From Ramazzottius varieornatus (lineage: Eukaryota; Animalia; Tardigrada): a DNA stretch of 64,000 nt. Every line of letters begins with the position of its first letter. Within the stretch, counting starts at the first letter, position 1. The stretch is taken from assembly GCA_001949185.1 (NCBI GenBank), contig BDGG01000010.1, positions 815,773 through 879,772 of the forward strand, written 5' to 3'. Shown piece by piece: positions 30,926 through 43,658 of this stretch. Under the pieces are notes generated by a model, which saw nothing but the letters and a program-made list of their open reading frames with translations, was not told the DNA's origin and searched no databases. The position numbers and the translations under genes are program-made.

Positions 30926-32282
30926 CCACAGCTTTTTTAAGTTCCCCAAATTAAGCTCTGACTGTCGAACTCTGTTTCTGCCTTTTACAATAACCTTAAT
31001 ACTGGTTCTTTCGCGTAACTACTTCGATGGATGTCGCATTTTTTGAATTCATGCAGTTACGCAGTGTGATTCTTTTCTTGTTATCAGCTCGCTACTGCAT
31101 CTGGAACGGGACAGCTTTTCTAACTTTGACAGCATTTTTTAACTTTGACATTTTCAATTCTGAATTTACTTCATGCTCTGACGAATGGTTCTACACTTGA
31201 CTGTGCACTTTCTGGTATTTTGACGTTCATAGTTAGATATTGAAACTAGCTTCTGCGACGACCAAACTTGCGGCATTCTCCGGTGCGAGGTTTGGAAACT
31301 CTTTCAGGCTCGTAATCCTTACGCTAAGCGAAGCAGATTTCGAGGTTCTTGGTAAAGGACTGCAGACGAAGGCCGGTGGGACAATGGACAGCTCCTTCTG
31401 ATTTTCGCCTTAACGTGGCCAGATGAGCACGTTCACGTTTTTGGCCTACTAAATTTCCGGCATTTATCTCGGGCACGCTTCTGGATCTCGGGCTTAGGTT
31501 CAAGTGTATGGTCAGCTCTCCGCCGTGAATACTTCATCGGATGGTTAGGTTGGTTGAGCAGGCGTAGAGTCGAAACATCTGGGTTCCATGCTAGGCGGAG
31601 CCACTGTGGAGCGAACCTTACATCCGACTGCATACCGTACCAGAGGGCGACACCGATTAATGGAGCCATCAGGCTACGGTGGCTCCGGTCTTGGTCTGTT
31701 TGCGATCGGGATAATACAGCGTACTCTAACTTGGAAAAAAAATTGAAGGTTAAATTAGTACGCGTCATGTGAGTATGTAATTCCTAAACTCACCGTGTAG
31801 TAACTAGGTCCTTATGATTTTCAAACTAGCAATTGACGGTCGGTGATGGGCAATGATTTCACACGATAGCGGCAAACACGCACCGCCTGCTCCTGAAGTA
31901 ACAGCACAGTCTGAGGTAAAGACTCTTCTATCTGTTTACCACACGGAAGTAGGATTGTCCGAGTGAAGTGGTCGGACGTTCTCAGAAACAGCTTTACAAA
32001 GCTTTTTTCACAACATTGTCGAGTTAAACAAACACAATGGTGTCAAGGAAGGTGATCAAAGTACAAATTCAGCACGAACTTTTGACAGATCTCTTGTTGA
32101 ATCAACATAATACTTTTTCCACTCTACCTGCCGTCGAGCCTAGCAAGCTGAACACCATTTTCCAATTTTCCTACTTTCTTGTGCCGATGACGTGCGACAG
32201 AATATACTATTGTGTGTGGGCTTTCCGAAACCCCTAACCTCGTGAACCGAGCGAATAGAACGGCGAAGAAAACATATTTTTT

Positions 32283-32410
32283 GGGATATCGGCGAATGAG
32301 CTCACCCAGATCGTTTTCCCAATCGGCGCACATTTCCAGCCAATAACAATGAAAAAGTGCACCACTTGGGATAAAGATTTTGTTGCGTTCATATGCCCAC
32401 GTCTCAAATT
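32283..32410. mobile_element. Palindromic MITE family A copy
   Basis: CCAGATCGTTTTCCCAATCGGCGCAC...GCCAATAACAAT...GTGCACCACTTG. Confidence 0.7.
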
Positions 32411-33011
32411 TTCCTCAGCCGTTGACTGGGACGAAAACTATTCGGCGGTTTCTTCCAGGTAGAACAAGACTTGGGAATGTTAATTTTTGAAGGTAACTTG
32501 GCAAAGAATGGTCTTGACTTTCTGGACAAATGACTGTATGAATGAAAGAAGTGTTCCTGTGTCACTCGCGAGGCAGTACGGTGCATTTGGCGCCGCTAAT
32601 CATTAAGCATCCTAAACAATCATTTCTATGGTCTGGACAAACATGCAGGTCAACATCGGGTCTGTTCCCGAGACTGTGGGTAAAAGTCTTATGAGCTGCC
32701 ATGTCCAAAGACTCCAAGCTCAGCAGTGGCCAATTACCACATGTTTGCTAATTGCCTGTTCTATGTCTGTCTCCATATGTCGCTGACAATCAAGCCCCAC
32801 ACTCCCAACAGCGCCTTTTCCTCATTAAGAAAAATGAACAAATTAATTACCAATAAGAAGAACACAATGTCGTGCTTGGATTAGCACTCCCTTCGATGTC
32901 CCACCGCCAGTGCTCCTGATGATATCTCGTTCATGGCAGACTTGATCACATGCTCTGATTAATCACGTCCGAGAATAGATCAAGCCAAGGAAGGAACAAA
33001 CCGAGGTGGAA

Positions 33012-33140
33012 TATTTGAGACGTGGGCAAATGAATTGAATCAGATCGTTTTTCCTAGTGGCGTACACTCTCTGCTAACAAGAATGAGATCTTGCGCGAGT
33101 TGGACAGCGACCTTGTTTAGTCTAATTGCCCTCGTCCCAT
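33012..33140. mobile_element. Palindromic MITE family A copy (degenerate)
   Basis: GACGTGGGCAAATGAATTGAATCAGATCGTTTTTCCTAGTGGCG ... TTGCCCTCGTC. Confidence 0.6.
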
Positions 33141-33533
33141 ACAATGGATTAAATGGTGCTCGCGGCTCAAATGTACATTTTTAATCTGAGGAAAAGCTCG
33201 GCTTAACAACGCGCACACACGTGAGGGTATCAAGAAGGAACACGGGTTACGTGACAAGGTGCAGGTACGAGACTGATTCGTACATTCAAATTTAAAGGTC
33301 GTCAAGACCCACTTCAATAATATCATAATTGCAAATGTAAGGTGGGAGCTTCAAGGTGATACAGAAATTGCAATGAGGTAAGCGGAGGATGTAGAGGAGG
33401 ATACTGGTGGAGTGGGTAGATAAGAGGAGGAAAATTAGCGAGGGACCGTGCGCGCGAGATCAAATTTCCAACGTTGCATGAGAGGGTAATTTCCGGTTAA
33501 TTTTGCTGCATGGAAATGAGCTGTGGCTTCCAG

Positions 33534-35132
33534 TTACTCCGTTTTGAAATACACATTGGGGTTTTGAAATGCCTTCGACGTCATATGGATAACAGAGCCG
33601 TTCTCGCGAGATTGCTGGGGAACCTGCATCTGCTGCATGCGAAAGTCGTTCTCCGACTGACCGTAGACGGGACGCTGCTTCAGGTCTTGCAGGCTGAGGT
33701 GTCGCATGGAGTCGGCCGAGTTTTGTACAGCACAGGTGGGACCACTGTTTTGGTTGACTGCTTCGCTGATGCTGGTGTTGTTAGCGTTACCCACAGTTAG
33801 CGGACTGAGGTCGTGATCGTGGGAGTCGTCATCCAGGTCGTCCAGATGCGCCTGATCGCTGGAAGCACAATTCGAACCATTTGGAGTCGACCTGTAAAAT
33901 CGAAACAATAAACAATCGTGTTCAAAACAAGACGGAAAAAAATCGCAGAATGCCGATAACTGGAAGCCTGGGCAAACAATACGTATAATTTTGTCAGTCT
34001 AAGTGGCGCACACCTTCAGCTAAAAACAACGAGGACGTGCGCCACTTCGTGTAACCATCTTGTACAGTACGCTCCGTTTGTTCATCATTCTCCCAACTTG
34101 ATTTTCAGGACGGAAAACAATCGCTTTTTCTGCATTATACTGTTCGAGGACTAAAATAGCCTGTTATTGAATGGCCGAACCATAATATTATTTAATACAA
34201 CAAAAAGAGCCATTCGCATTGGTACGAAATATCGTAAATAAATCTGGAAAGGTAGGGTAGCATTTCTTTACAGCAACAGATGGTTAGTTAGCGCAATCGG
34301 GATGAGTGTTTACTGGACTGGTCACTCGTCTATCCAAAACTTTTTTCCACCAGGAAAAATAAAAATATTATTTTAAAATGATTATCGATTTCCTGGTGTA
34401 GTGTACAAGACACCTGTCAATCATAACTTACCGGCCGCCATCTTTGCCTTCCGATGCGCGATCACGTTGACGTCGGTTCTTGAACCAATTGGATACCTGT
34501 GTGGTCGTCAGACCAGTCTTCTCCGCAAGCTCCCGCTTCTCCCTCGGGGATGGATAAGGGTTCGCTCGGTACCAGTCCTTCAAACAACTCCGGCTCCTCT
34601 CCTTGAAGCAGTAGCTGGTCTCTTCGCCATCCCAAATGGTTCTTGGCAACGGGAACTTTCGGCGAACCCTGTATTTGCCCACAGCGCCCAGTGCGCGACC
34701 CCGCAGTTTCTCCGCTTCATTATAGTGGGCCTTCAGCCACAGCTTCTGCAGTTCGTTGTGGGACTCCGGACTGAAATTGTGGTTCTCCAACAAAGCGTAC
34801 AGCGCCTTGTATTCCTGATGAGCAAAAGCCAGGTGCGCTTTAGCCTTCAGGACACTTTCGTGTTTTTGGATCTCATAATTGGATGGTAAGGTCCACAAGA
34901 AGGAGTTCAACGGGGCGTAGTCTCCGGACCGTAGACAACGTTCTTGGAGGACGGTGCACAAGACGTTAATCTGGTCGAGGGAGTAATTGATGTAAGCATC
35001 GTTGGGATCGTTGAGGCGAGGCTGGTGGTGAGTGTGGTTGGGATAGGGTATATAGGAGCCGGAATGTGCTGCCGTGACGATCCGTGGCATCAGGTCAGCC
35101 ATTTTCTCGGCGTAATCGGATTCCCAGGTCAT
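33534..35132 (-). CDS. Six1/2: SIX homeobox protein, Six1/2 (sine oculis) class
   Basis: SIX domain (ESVLKAKA...[43 protein letters not shown]) followed by a homeodomain with the class-diagnostic ETSY tetrapeptide and [11 protein letters not shown]. Exons 35132-34432 and 33891-33534. Confidence 0.96.
33960..34095. mobile_element. Palindromic MITE family A copy (Six1/2 intron)
   Basis: AAGTGGCGCACACCTTCAGCTAAAAACAAC...GTGCGCCACTT. Confidence 0.6.
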
Positions 35133-38100
35133 CCGAGAACGTTAGTGTCCAAGTGTCAGATCAAAAGGCGCGCAGGCCTGCAAGCTGTAAGTTTTCCAAT
35201 GCTGGATATGACTTGCAGATGTGAAGTCGGAAACCGTTTCGGCCGATATTTGAGAGCTCACTAGTCAGCAGTCAAAGTCAACTAGGTTCATCATCAACTA
35301 AACGTTGCGCTCTTTGTGTATACTGTGCGCCAGTAAGTACGGGTACCCCGTCCAATGTGTATCTAGCATCTTAATGCAAAGTGTGTATAGTCAGCAGAAG
35401 CTAGGCGGAGGAAAGAAGAGTAGCTGAGGCCTGACATTCTGACTGCATGGCTGCTATCGCTGAATCAGAGCGCCAGGAGGAGCTTCTCAAGTGCCCGGGC
35501 TCATATACCGGAATCCATCAATGAGTTATGGTTGACAGATAGGCACGTAGGACACGCCGCACCATCTACCTTCTCTTCATAGATTTCACTCAACTCGCCC
35601 CTTCTTCAACATCCATTCCGTTTCATGCCGACCAGTCCACTCAAAACTAGCCTTCCCAAACCCAAAACTGCCAACCCCGAGGTGAAGCTTCTGAACTTAC
35701 AACCAACAGCCCGCAGAAAAGACATTCTTACGTCAAGGTCCCGAGGTTCACATCGGGAGTTACACCGGGGAAAAACCAATTCTCCGTGTAGCTATACAGC
35801 CCTGAAATATTCGTGGGTGTTTTTTCGGTCCTCCCATTTGAGTCTCATCGCAAGTAAGGTGATCATTCGGGTGGATCATGCCAGAATTCGAATCTTCATT
35901 TCTGTGCGCTTCTTTTGTGCTTGGCTGTAATTCCGGGGATCAAGCCTCGAAATTTGGCTGCGCGTTAAAGGATGGCACCTTTAACAAGAAGACAGTTAAA
36001 AATGTACTCTTCACATGCTTGCAGATATTTCCGATGCCATCCCTCCAATTCGACTTGTCTGTCAGAGCACTCGCTGATAATGATGATTGACAGCGACGAT
36101 CGCCATCAAATCATGTCGTTTGCTAAACTTAGCCTATTGCTCCGGCATATGGCGCACCCTTCTCATGCACATGCGCATACAGCAAACGTCCGCGAGAAAT
36201 ACTGCTTGGCCCAACGAGATTCTAACACTTGATTTATATCTAAGCACATGTTTAAAGACGCTAATCGAGATAATAAACTATCGATACAGTACTTCAAGCA
36301 ACCATTAAAACACGTAAAGTGTGTTGAATATCCTTCTTGAAGAAAACACTTTGAAAAGTGCCGCTGACTCAGCAGCGCCAAAGGTTACACACAACGACCC
36401 ATCAAAATCACGTCTGAATTTCAGGTACCTCCTTTTGTAAATTCAAGTTTGATCCGCCCATCAGAATAGTTTAAGAGAAAAGTCATGCGTTAAAAATGAA
36501 CGTTGTCCAGAAATATGGAAGAATAATTTTCCGCAGGCAATCTGAAAAAATGCGACAAACGGCATACTAATTGAACACGATTGTCATCTCAAATGACGCA
36601 CGTTTCCATTGTTTTCAACAGCAAGAGTGCGCAACTGGGGAAAACGATCATGTCTGAGTCGTCTGCCGAGGTCCTAAATATTCCAGCACACTGCTTTTGG
36701 CAAACGTGGAATCCTTTCGAGCCAGATAAGAGCATTTTTTGGACTGACAACGAAGATACGCGGACTCGAGATCGCCATAGTCTGGTTAGCGCGATCAGTC
36801 TGGGCCTTAATTATGTCTAACGAGGAACGCAAGCAAGCAATTTGCCTTCATTTTTTGTCCATTAGACTTTGAGTAATCCCGAACTAATGTTTGGATGGAA
36901 GAAGAAGTACAAGAGCAAACTTCTGGCCATGTGCGCAGACAGATAGAGACGAAGTGTAAACAAAAGGGGGAAGTACGCGGAGTACAGTAAGGTCCACTAT
37001 CCAGGAAGTGACTGTCAAGTGATGTCGGCGGCAGTGAGATCATGGCCAACTGGCGCCTAAATCATTTGGCTGATAAACAAACGTGTACATTGTCGACTGA
37101 CCATCATCCGTTCATCGTGGCAGCTCCTTAAAGTGCTTTTAGGGGATTGTGCCTTGACTTGAATGAAGGCATATTCAGAGATTACTACGTTGTACAAACT
37201 TCGCTCCTCAATCAACAGGCAAACAACGCCTCGATTCATTGGCAGTGACGCTTACCGGTCACTTCGGTCTGTAAATCTACAGACGGTAGCTCAAAATGAC
37301 TGAGCCGCAGACAAGGACAAAAGTGGCTGCAGTCATGTTGACATTTGGTTGCGGATCTGTCTGTGTGTATTTTCACAAACCGGAATGAATTCCTCCAACT
37401 GCATTAGCTTCCTTCCCTTCTTGGCTTCTGCGCCACTTGAAAACTTTTGCCTTTTACTTCCTTGTTCAGAAATCCAGACTGACCACTCTGCCTTTTCAAC
37501 GAAGGCAAGTGTCCGCAGGTTACACACCCGCTGTGCCAGATAACTTTTAATGGCTTTGGAGACTTGCCTTTGATCAGCCACGCAGAGCATCAAGAAGGAG
37601 GGAGATTGCCTTTGCTGGACACTACTGGCTAAGATAGCAACAGCACCCCGAGTCAACTTGACTTTACAGCCTACGCAGTATGAACTGTCCTGTTGTGAGA
37701 AATGGCAGGAAGATTGACCGGCCGAAGCTCGACTAGACTCGCCGACGTCGAATTAAACGAGCGGTACTAACTTGTACTGTCCTCGGACCTATTGCTCTAG
37801 CATCCTTCTACTGCAACTGGACAGCCATGTTGACATAAGCAGCTGAAACCCATCCATCAAGCTCAAATTTCACTCCATGGTTCAAGCTGAGAAGGAAACT
37901 CGATATGAGCGTGGGATACAAGCCATTTTTGCCCTTCAAACGTAGGCGCGTTCGTGCCATCAACAGGAATTCCCTCATGCGCGCGCATCGAGATGAGAGC
38001 GAGGCCACAACACCAGCTCGCTCTTCCACCGCGTTGTCGCGACCTGACTTGACATACTATACTGCCTGCCACACATATTCCTGACCAAGACGCCCTGACA

Positions 38101-40250
38101 CTTCTCCTCGTTAGCTCGATGAACGTCTAATTGAAGTAATCTTTCGCGCCCTCTTGAAACAAAAACTGAGCGTCAATCAGGCCACGCCATCCACTATTAG
38201 AGAACCCAAGGAAAACTAGAGTCGAGCATCACAGTATCGAAACTCCACCTTCTTCGTTTTATTCAGACCTGAGGCTAATTCTAGAGCGTAGAAATTAATT
38301 GGGCACTATCAGTCTATTTTCTACGAAACGCTTCGCACACCAAAGCCAGAGGGATGTGCTACTGGCGAACCGGGAAGTCCCGCAAGACCAGACCACGCAG
38401 GTGCGGGAGCATTGGTTGCAAGATTGGTGAAGAGCTCTTTCTAATCAAGGTAGGTGCAACCATGATTAGGACTGAAAGAAAGAAGCGATAGCTGCACGCG
38501 CTGACAGGCCAAGCAATTACATTAACCACGCAATTTAATCTGGCTAGCCGCAACATTCGATCCGTTTTTAAGACTACCAGGAGTAAACAATGACGCGTTT
38601 GAGGGATATTACTTTTCCTGGTGAAGCCTCCTGATCAACCTAAACTTGTATTGTATCAACAGTATGGAATATCATCATCTGACATTTTGGCACCCTTCGT
38701 TTCCATGAACAGCCATTTGTAACAGCCGGCACTTGTCGCTTCATGTTCCTCAGGTTCCCCGGCTCCTTCCGTACCGCAAATGGCGGAAGAAGATACACAC
38801 TGACGTGCAACGCGATATGCTCCAAGCAGTATTCGACACTGTGTTGATGCTTGCGTACCAAGCGTTTTTCACGCTATGCTTCCTGACAAGCGTGTGTCGC
38901 ACAAATTAATCTCCGTGTTCAGCCCCATTTGTCAAGCCATTCTTGGCCTAAAGCTTGTGCGCAAGTTAAACGTGCATCTAATTGTGGAGCCCAAAAATGC
39001 TCGGAATTTCGTGTGAGTGACAGTATGTTTGTCCATTAAATCTAATGGCTGAATATTTGGCTCGTTAGAACCCACAAACGTATCGTGGTACGGTGCAATC
39101 ACGACAAAACGCAGACGTCCGTATATTCCTACGCAGTCAAGAGAAAGACACGGAAAACGTGAGCCAGTTATGACAGCGACATTATTACAGAGTGGGCGAA
39201 GCAACGAATCACCGGCATCACTTTGACGACATTCACCGGTAGGCGGCTTTTCACCGGGGCAGCGGGGAGAGACTTGTACGACAAAGCTGTTCGCGGACAT
39301 ACGCCACAAAAATAGCCATTTTGAGACAGTATTCTATGAGCGTTGTGACCGTGGTCTGTGGGTGTACATCTGGACATACAGCTGCATGTTGACTACCGTT
39401 TGCTACGTTTGCTTACGAGAAACCCAGGCGCATCAAACCCAAACGAATTTAATCTACGAGATACACGAATGCTGCGCTGCGTTGCTGCTAAAATCGACCA
39501 AGAGGGTGAAGTCGAACAATAACAGTGCAAAATATGGTTCAAAGTGTGTCGAGTTTGAGAAGGGTGGTGAAGGACCAAGTAAGCAAGCTGAAGTCGTTAT
39601 TTAACTTGTTAAGCAATTTGCCAGTGCGCGCGTCTAAAGTTACAGCTGTTTGGTGTGGACGAACTCGATATCTATGCAAAATTCTATGTTGTTCGCTTTG
39701 ACAGAGCTAGGAAGCCAGCATAAAGCCCCGTGAAGTTAAAACAGGCCACTGTGTGCTTTATCGATGGATGCTGTTTGAGGTTTCAGGCTTCTCCATTTTC
39801 ACCACGATGGCAATATTGCTTCACTCTTCACCTCTCAAACAAGGAAGGTCTCTATTGTGTTCAATGCAGCCGGTTCTAAGCAAGGCCATCTCCCATTTCA
39901 TGCCGCTTAATTCCCAGCCGACAATCATTATATAAACACCGAAACTTCATGAAAGTAAAGTCAGTTTGTACAAGTCAGATGAATGTGTCACGTTTGACGA
40001 CAACCTCGTGAGCTCAAGGTACTAACACACTGTCTCGTAAGTACCACCATCTGCCTCCATCCTTCCCGTCACCAGCCGTTATGAATCCCTTCTTGGAAGC
40101 CTGGCAACACGGAAAAGCTAGCGCTTGACCACGAAACGACACGACAAAGTTATTCACGGAACCAAAATATGATCACTGATTTTCTAGACCGACAGAGTTT
40201 CAAAGGTCACCTTGATCAAGTCATAAATAACAAACAACTCGAAGTTTAGA

Positions 40251-42336
40251 ATGTTATTCTATACCGTTTTCAAATTTTGTTTATTGCGCTTGGTTGTGTT
40301 CCTTTATTCCGCATCTCGACCGTGTACAGCTCTGACACCCTTCACGGGATCTGGTAAGAAACAAAAACCAACCAGCTAGAAAAGATGTTAGCACGAGCTA
40401 CGCGCAAGCAAATATGCAGTTGAGACTCGCATTTCCGAAACTGGGTTTTCACAAAAATACCTAATATTCTTCCCTTTCCAAAATACAGCACCAACGTTCG
40501 ATAGATTTCTGGGGGATACGGCCCTTGATCTGCACGGAAAAGAGGCGCAAACACCGGAGGCAACAACAGCTCGGCCAGAGCACAAGCCAGCAGGTGGCGC
40601 TGTTGCAGAGTTTCTTCAGAAAACCCATCTTCTCGCGCGAACTAAGTTCACGGCTGTGGAAAAACTAAGATCGCACGTTCGTTCAGAATACGAACGCCTG
40701 TCTGACGGCACAAAAGAGTTAGCCATGCTCACCGAGGCCCTCAAGAAAGCATTGACGGCAGCTGAAACCGAACTGTCCACGAGCAGCAAACTCAAAGCCG
40801 TTGAAAATCGGTAACATTTTGACGGCACTCGTTCAAGTTCAAGAAAGACAGATGTCCAAATGGTTTGTTCGGAGTACAGGAAAGACCAAGTCGACGAAGG
40901 ACTCGACTCGCTTCACAGCAACATCTCGGAAATTGTGAGCCAGCAGTTTACAATCTCGCGCGAGGTGGCGGACCTCGGAATGCTGGATGCGAAGACTATC
41001 CGCCAGTTCGTTGTACCGACCCTATTTCAAGCTGTGAGTTGAGCAGGTGCGTTCCCAAGCGTAAAGTTTACACGAGAACTTTTTACGACCCTCGACCGAA
41101 ATTTTGGGGTGTTGCATTAACCGCTGTAAAGTATCGTTGTTTCAGGAGCAATTACAAGAAGAATTCGCCAGATTTCCTCAACTTCTACAAGAACAGTTCC
41201 TGACCAAGAGCAAATTCTTCGACGAACTGCGTAAACATCGGAATTTCCTTCAACTGAAAGCAGCATCACTGGTATGTTAAAAAGAAATTAAGTCTAGATT
41301 GATGGCTGTATCGGCTTTAAATTCCCAGGTTGCGTGGTTCTGTCGTCACTTCCGGTCGGTCAGATAATATGCCCGAATTTCTTGTGCCATTCCAGACTTT
41401 TTACTACGTTGATATCCTCCTTATATTAATATAATACTGTATTATCATAATATCGTGCCGTTTGTTGAAGTACACGGAGCCAAAGACTCCGTACACAAAT
41501 CCCTTCCGCGCCACTGATATGGAAAGTCTGGTTCAAAGTCATCTGGACCTGTTAGCACGGAATAAGCTCTCCGACATCAACTACGCCTCGGATGCATGTG
41601 GCGCCACCGTCGTGCGAACCGTCAATAGCACCGGAGCTCCCAATAACGACCCCGCCCTGATGTTGTCAGACACAGTCGTACCCGGTCACGCCTGGTCCTT
41701 CCTCGAGCTTCCCGCTTCCATCTTGGTCAAGCTATGCCTTCCAATACGGATAAACAAGATATCGCTAGAACACATTATAGGATACTTCCCGGAAATGCAC
41801 TTGACGGAAGCGGCACCGGCGGACTTTGAAATCTGGGTACACGTACGAAGAGAAATTATGGGACACTAAAAATTATGGGACAGGCGGAATGGCAAAATGG
41901 AAATTCAACCGTAGAAAAGTGTCGGAAAGTACATCAGTGTGAATCGGTCAAGTACGTACGTGGTTCCGTGCCGCCGTAGCGAAAAGACCTGTCCCATAAT
42001 TTTTATTGTCCCATAATTTTTATTGTCCCATAATTTTCCATCGTGCGTATACGTCAGTGAATTGTATATTCGAGTTTACGTCTGATGCGCAGCTTTCAGG
42101 GATATTCGGGACGAGTGGACCTGACGCCCTCGCTTTTGCTCAAAGAACGTTTCGACAACACCGGCCATTCTTTGCAAACCTTTTCGGTGGAGAACGAGAG
42201 GCAACTTGAGCATAGGTTCGTCGAGCTGAAGATCCTCAAGAACCACGGAAACCCTTGCAAAACCTCTGTGTATCACTTTCAAGTGTATGGTGTGCCTGCA
42301 AATGAAACCCTAGAGCGATATAAAATTGGAATATGA
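40251..42336 (+). CDS. SUN (Sad1/UNC-84) domain protein with coiled coil and hydrophobic N-terminus
   Basis: Phase-compatible exons ~40251-40353, 40489-40810, 40880-41033, 41146-41271, 41471-41836, 42100-42336. SUN motifs NYASDACGATVV, VVPGHAWSF, ISLEHI, AAPADFEIWG, QTF, VELKILKNHGNPCKTSVYHFQVYG. Confidence 0.85.
41840..42049. mobile_element. MITE family B copy, inserted at the donor site of the last SUN intron
   Basis: TA at 41838-39 and 42050-51; homologous along its length to 20877-21077; extra tandem copies of the subterminal TGTCCCATAATTTT unit. Confidence 0.88.
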
Positions 42337-43658
42337 TTCCCGACAAATTTCCGGTTTGAATGGTGAGAGCCGCATTTGTGATAACATTGCAAGATTACTA
42401 CAGATCTTAAACTCCCCGCAGCCATGTTCCCAATGAAACTATGATGACTGTTTCTTTCCTCTGGTGACAGCAGAAACCGCGTCATCGATCAAAGCGTCTA
42501 TGAGATCCATTTGAAAATTAAAACTATCTGAAGTTGCCTTCTCTAGAACGTGAGTACTGGCGTACTTATCTGGTATTATCGGGTTCCTCATGTGTTCCTT
42601 ATATGCGTGTTATTCTCTTATATTCCAAAAACAGACAAAAAGCTCAGCAGCAACATGATTTTGTGGAAAAACTGTCCACATTTGCACCGGGTAAAACTGT
42701 AAACATCACTCTTGCCATAGGAAATCGATTTCGGTGTACGATGTACGCTGACTGGCGAAGTAAAAAATGGAAATCAGGAACTAGCACCAAGATTTTTGGG
42801 TCTAGCGTGACGACTTTCGAGAGGTTCTTGTATTGTATACGTAGAATACTACGCAGCATGGCGACAGCAGGAAGTCTCAACACGGCTCCTCGCGCGAAAT
42901 TTTATCTTTACCCCGAACTATAATGAGTCCTTTCAGCCCGGGGCGTCGAGTTACTAATTAATTGTGGGTAATATGAAAAGGGGAGCAACGTGTGGTTCTC
43001 CGTGGTTGCCTATACAATCAAGAGGGATTTGCCATTTTCTGCTCCAACACGCCTGCGGGAAAAGGAGGGCGGCATCTGAGAAGCTAGCTGTTGCCGAACA
43101 AATAGCCCTACATACGTTGCGTTACAAGATCCCCCCTTCCCCCGGTTCCGCTTTTTTCACAAATCCATTTCCATGTCTATACAAACAAAAACTTTGCCTT
43201 TCTTCCCTGCACGCATACAGTCTTCACATTGTAACTTTGTCATTCTTCCTTACGGGATGAGCAAGTCTGTACGTACACACACGCGGAAAATCTCACTTGC
43301 ATCCACTTTCCATCAACATGATTTTTTCACACATCTCTCCGCTTACTGAATATTTGATCACCCCATTACCACTTTAGCTGGATGAGATATTCCCAATTCG
43401 GCCTTTTCCGGCAATGCCCGCCTTCACCCGAAAGTTGGCTTATTTTAGCATATCTAATTTCCGGCTGCCCGCGGACAATATCTCACCACGCTATCCTTCC
43501 CCGCATTGATTGTGTTTCTACCACCATGTAGTCTAGCTCATATGAAATGCATCTCAGAACAGTTTCGTTATGAAAAAATTTCACATTGTTGTGTCTTGTG
43601 CGGGTTTCTGACCTGCTAAGGTTGCACTTCCGGTAAGCATCTGTTCCGTCATCCCAAA

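Noticed and set aside
34401-35264. Long + strand ORFs (162 and 106 aa)
   Set aside because: Antisense shadows of Six1/2 exon 1.
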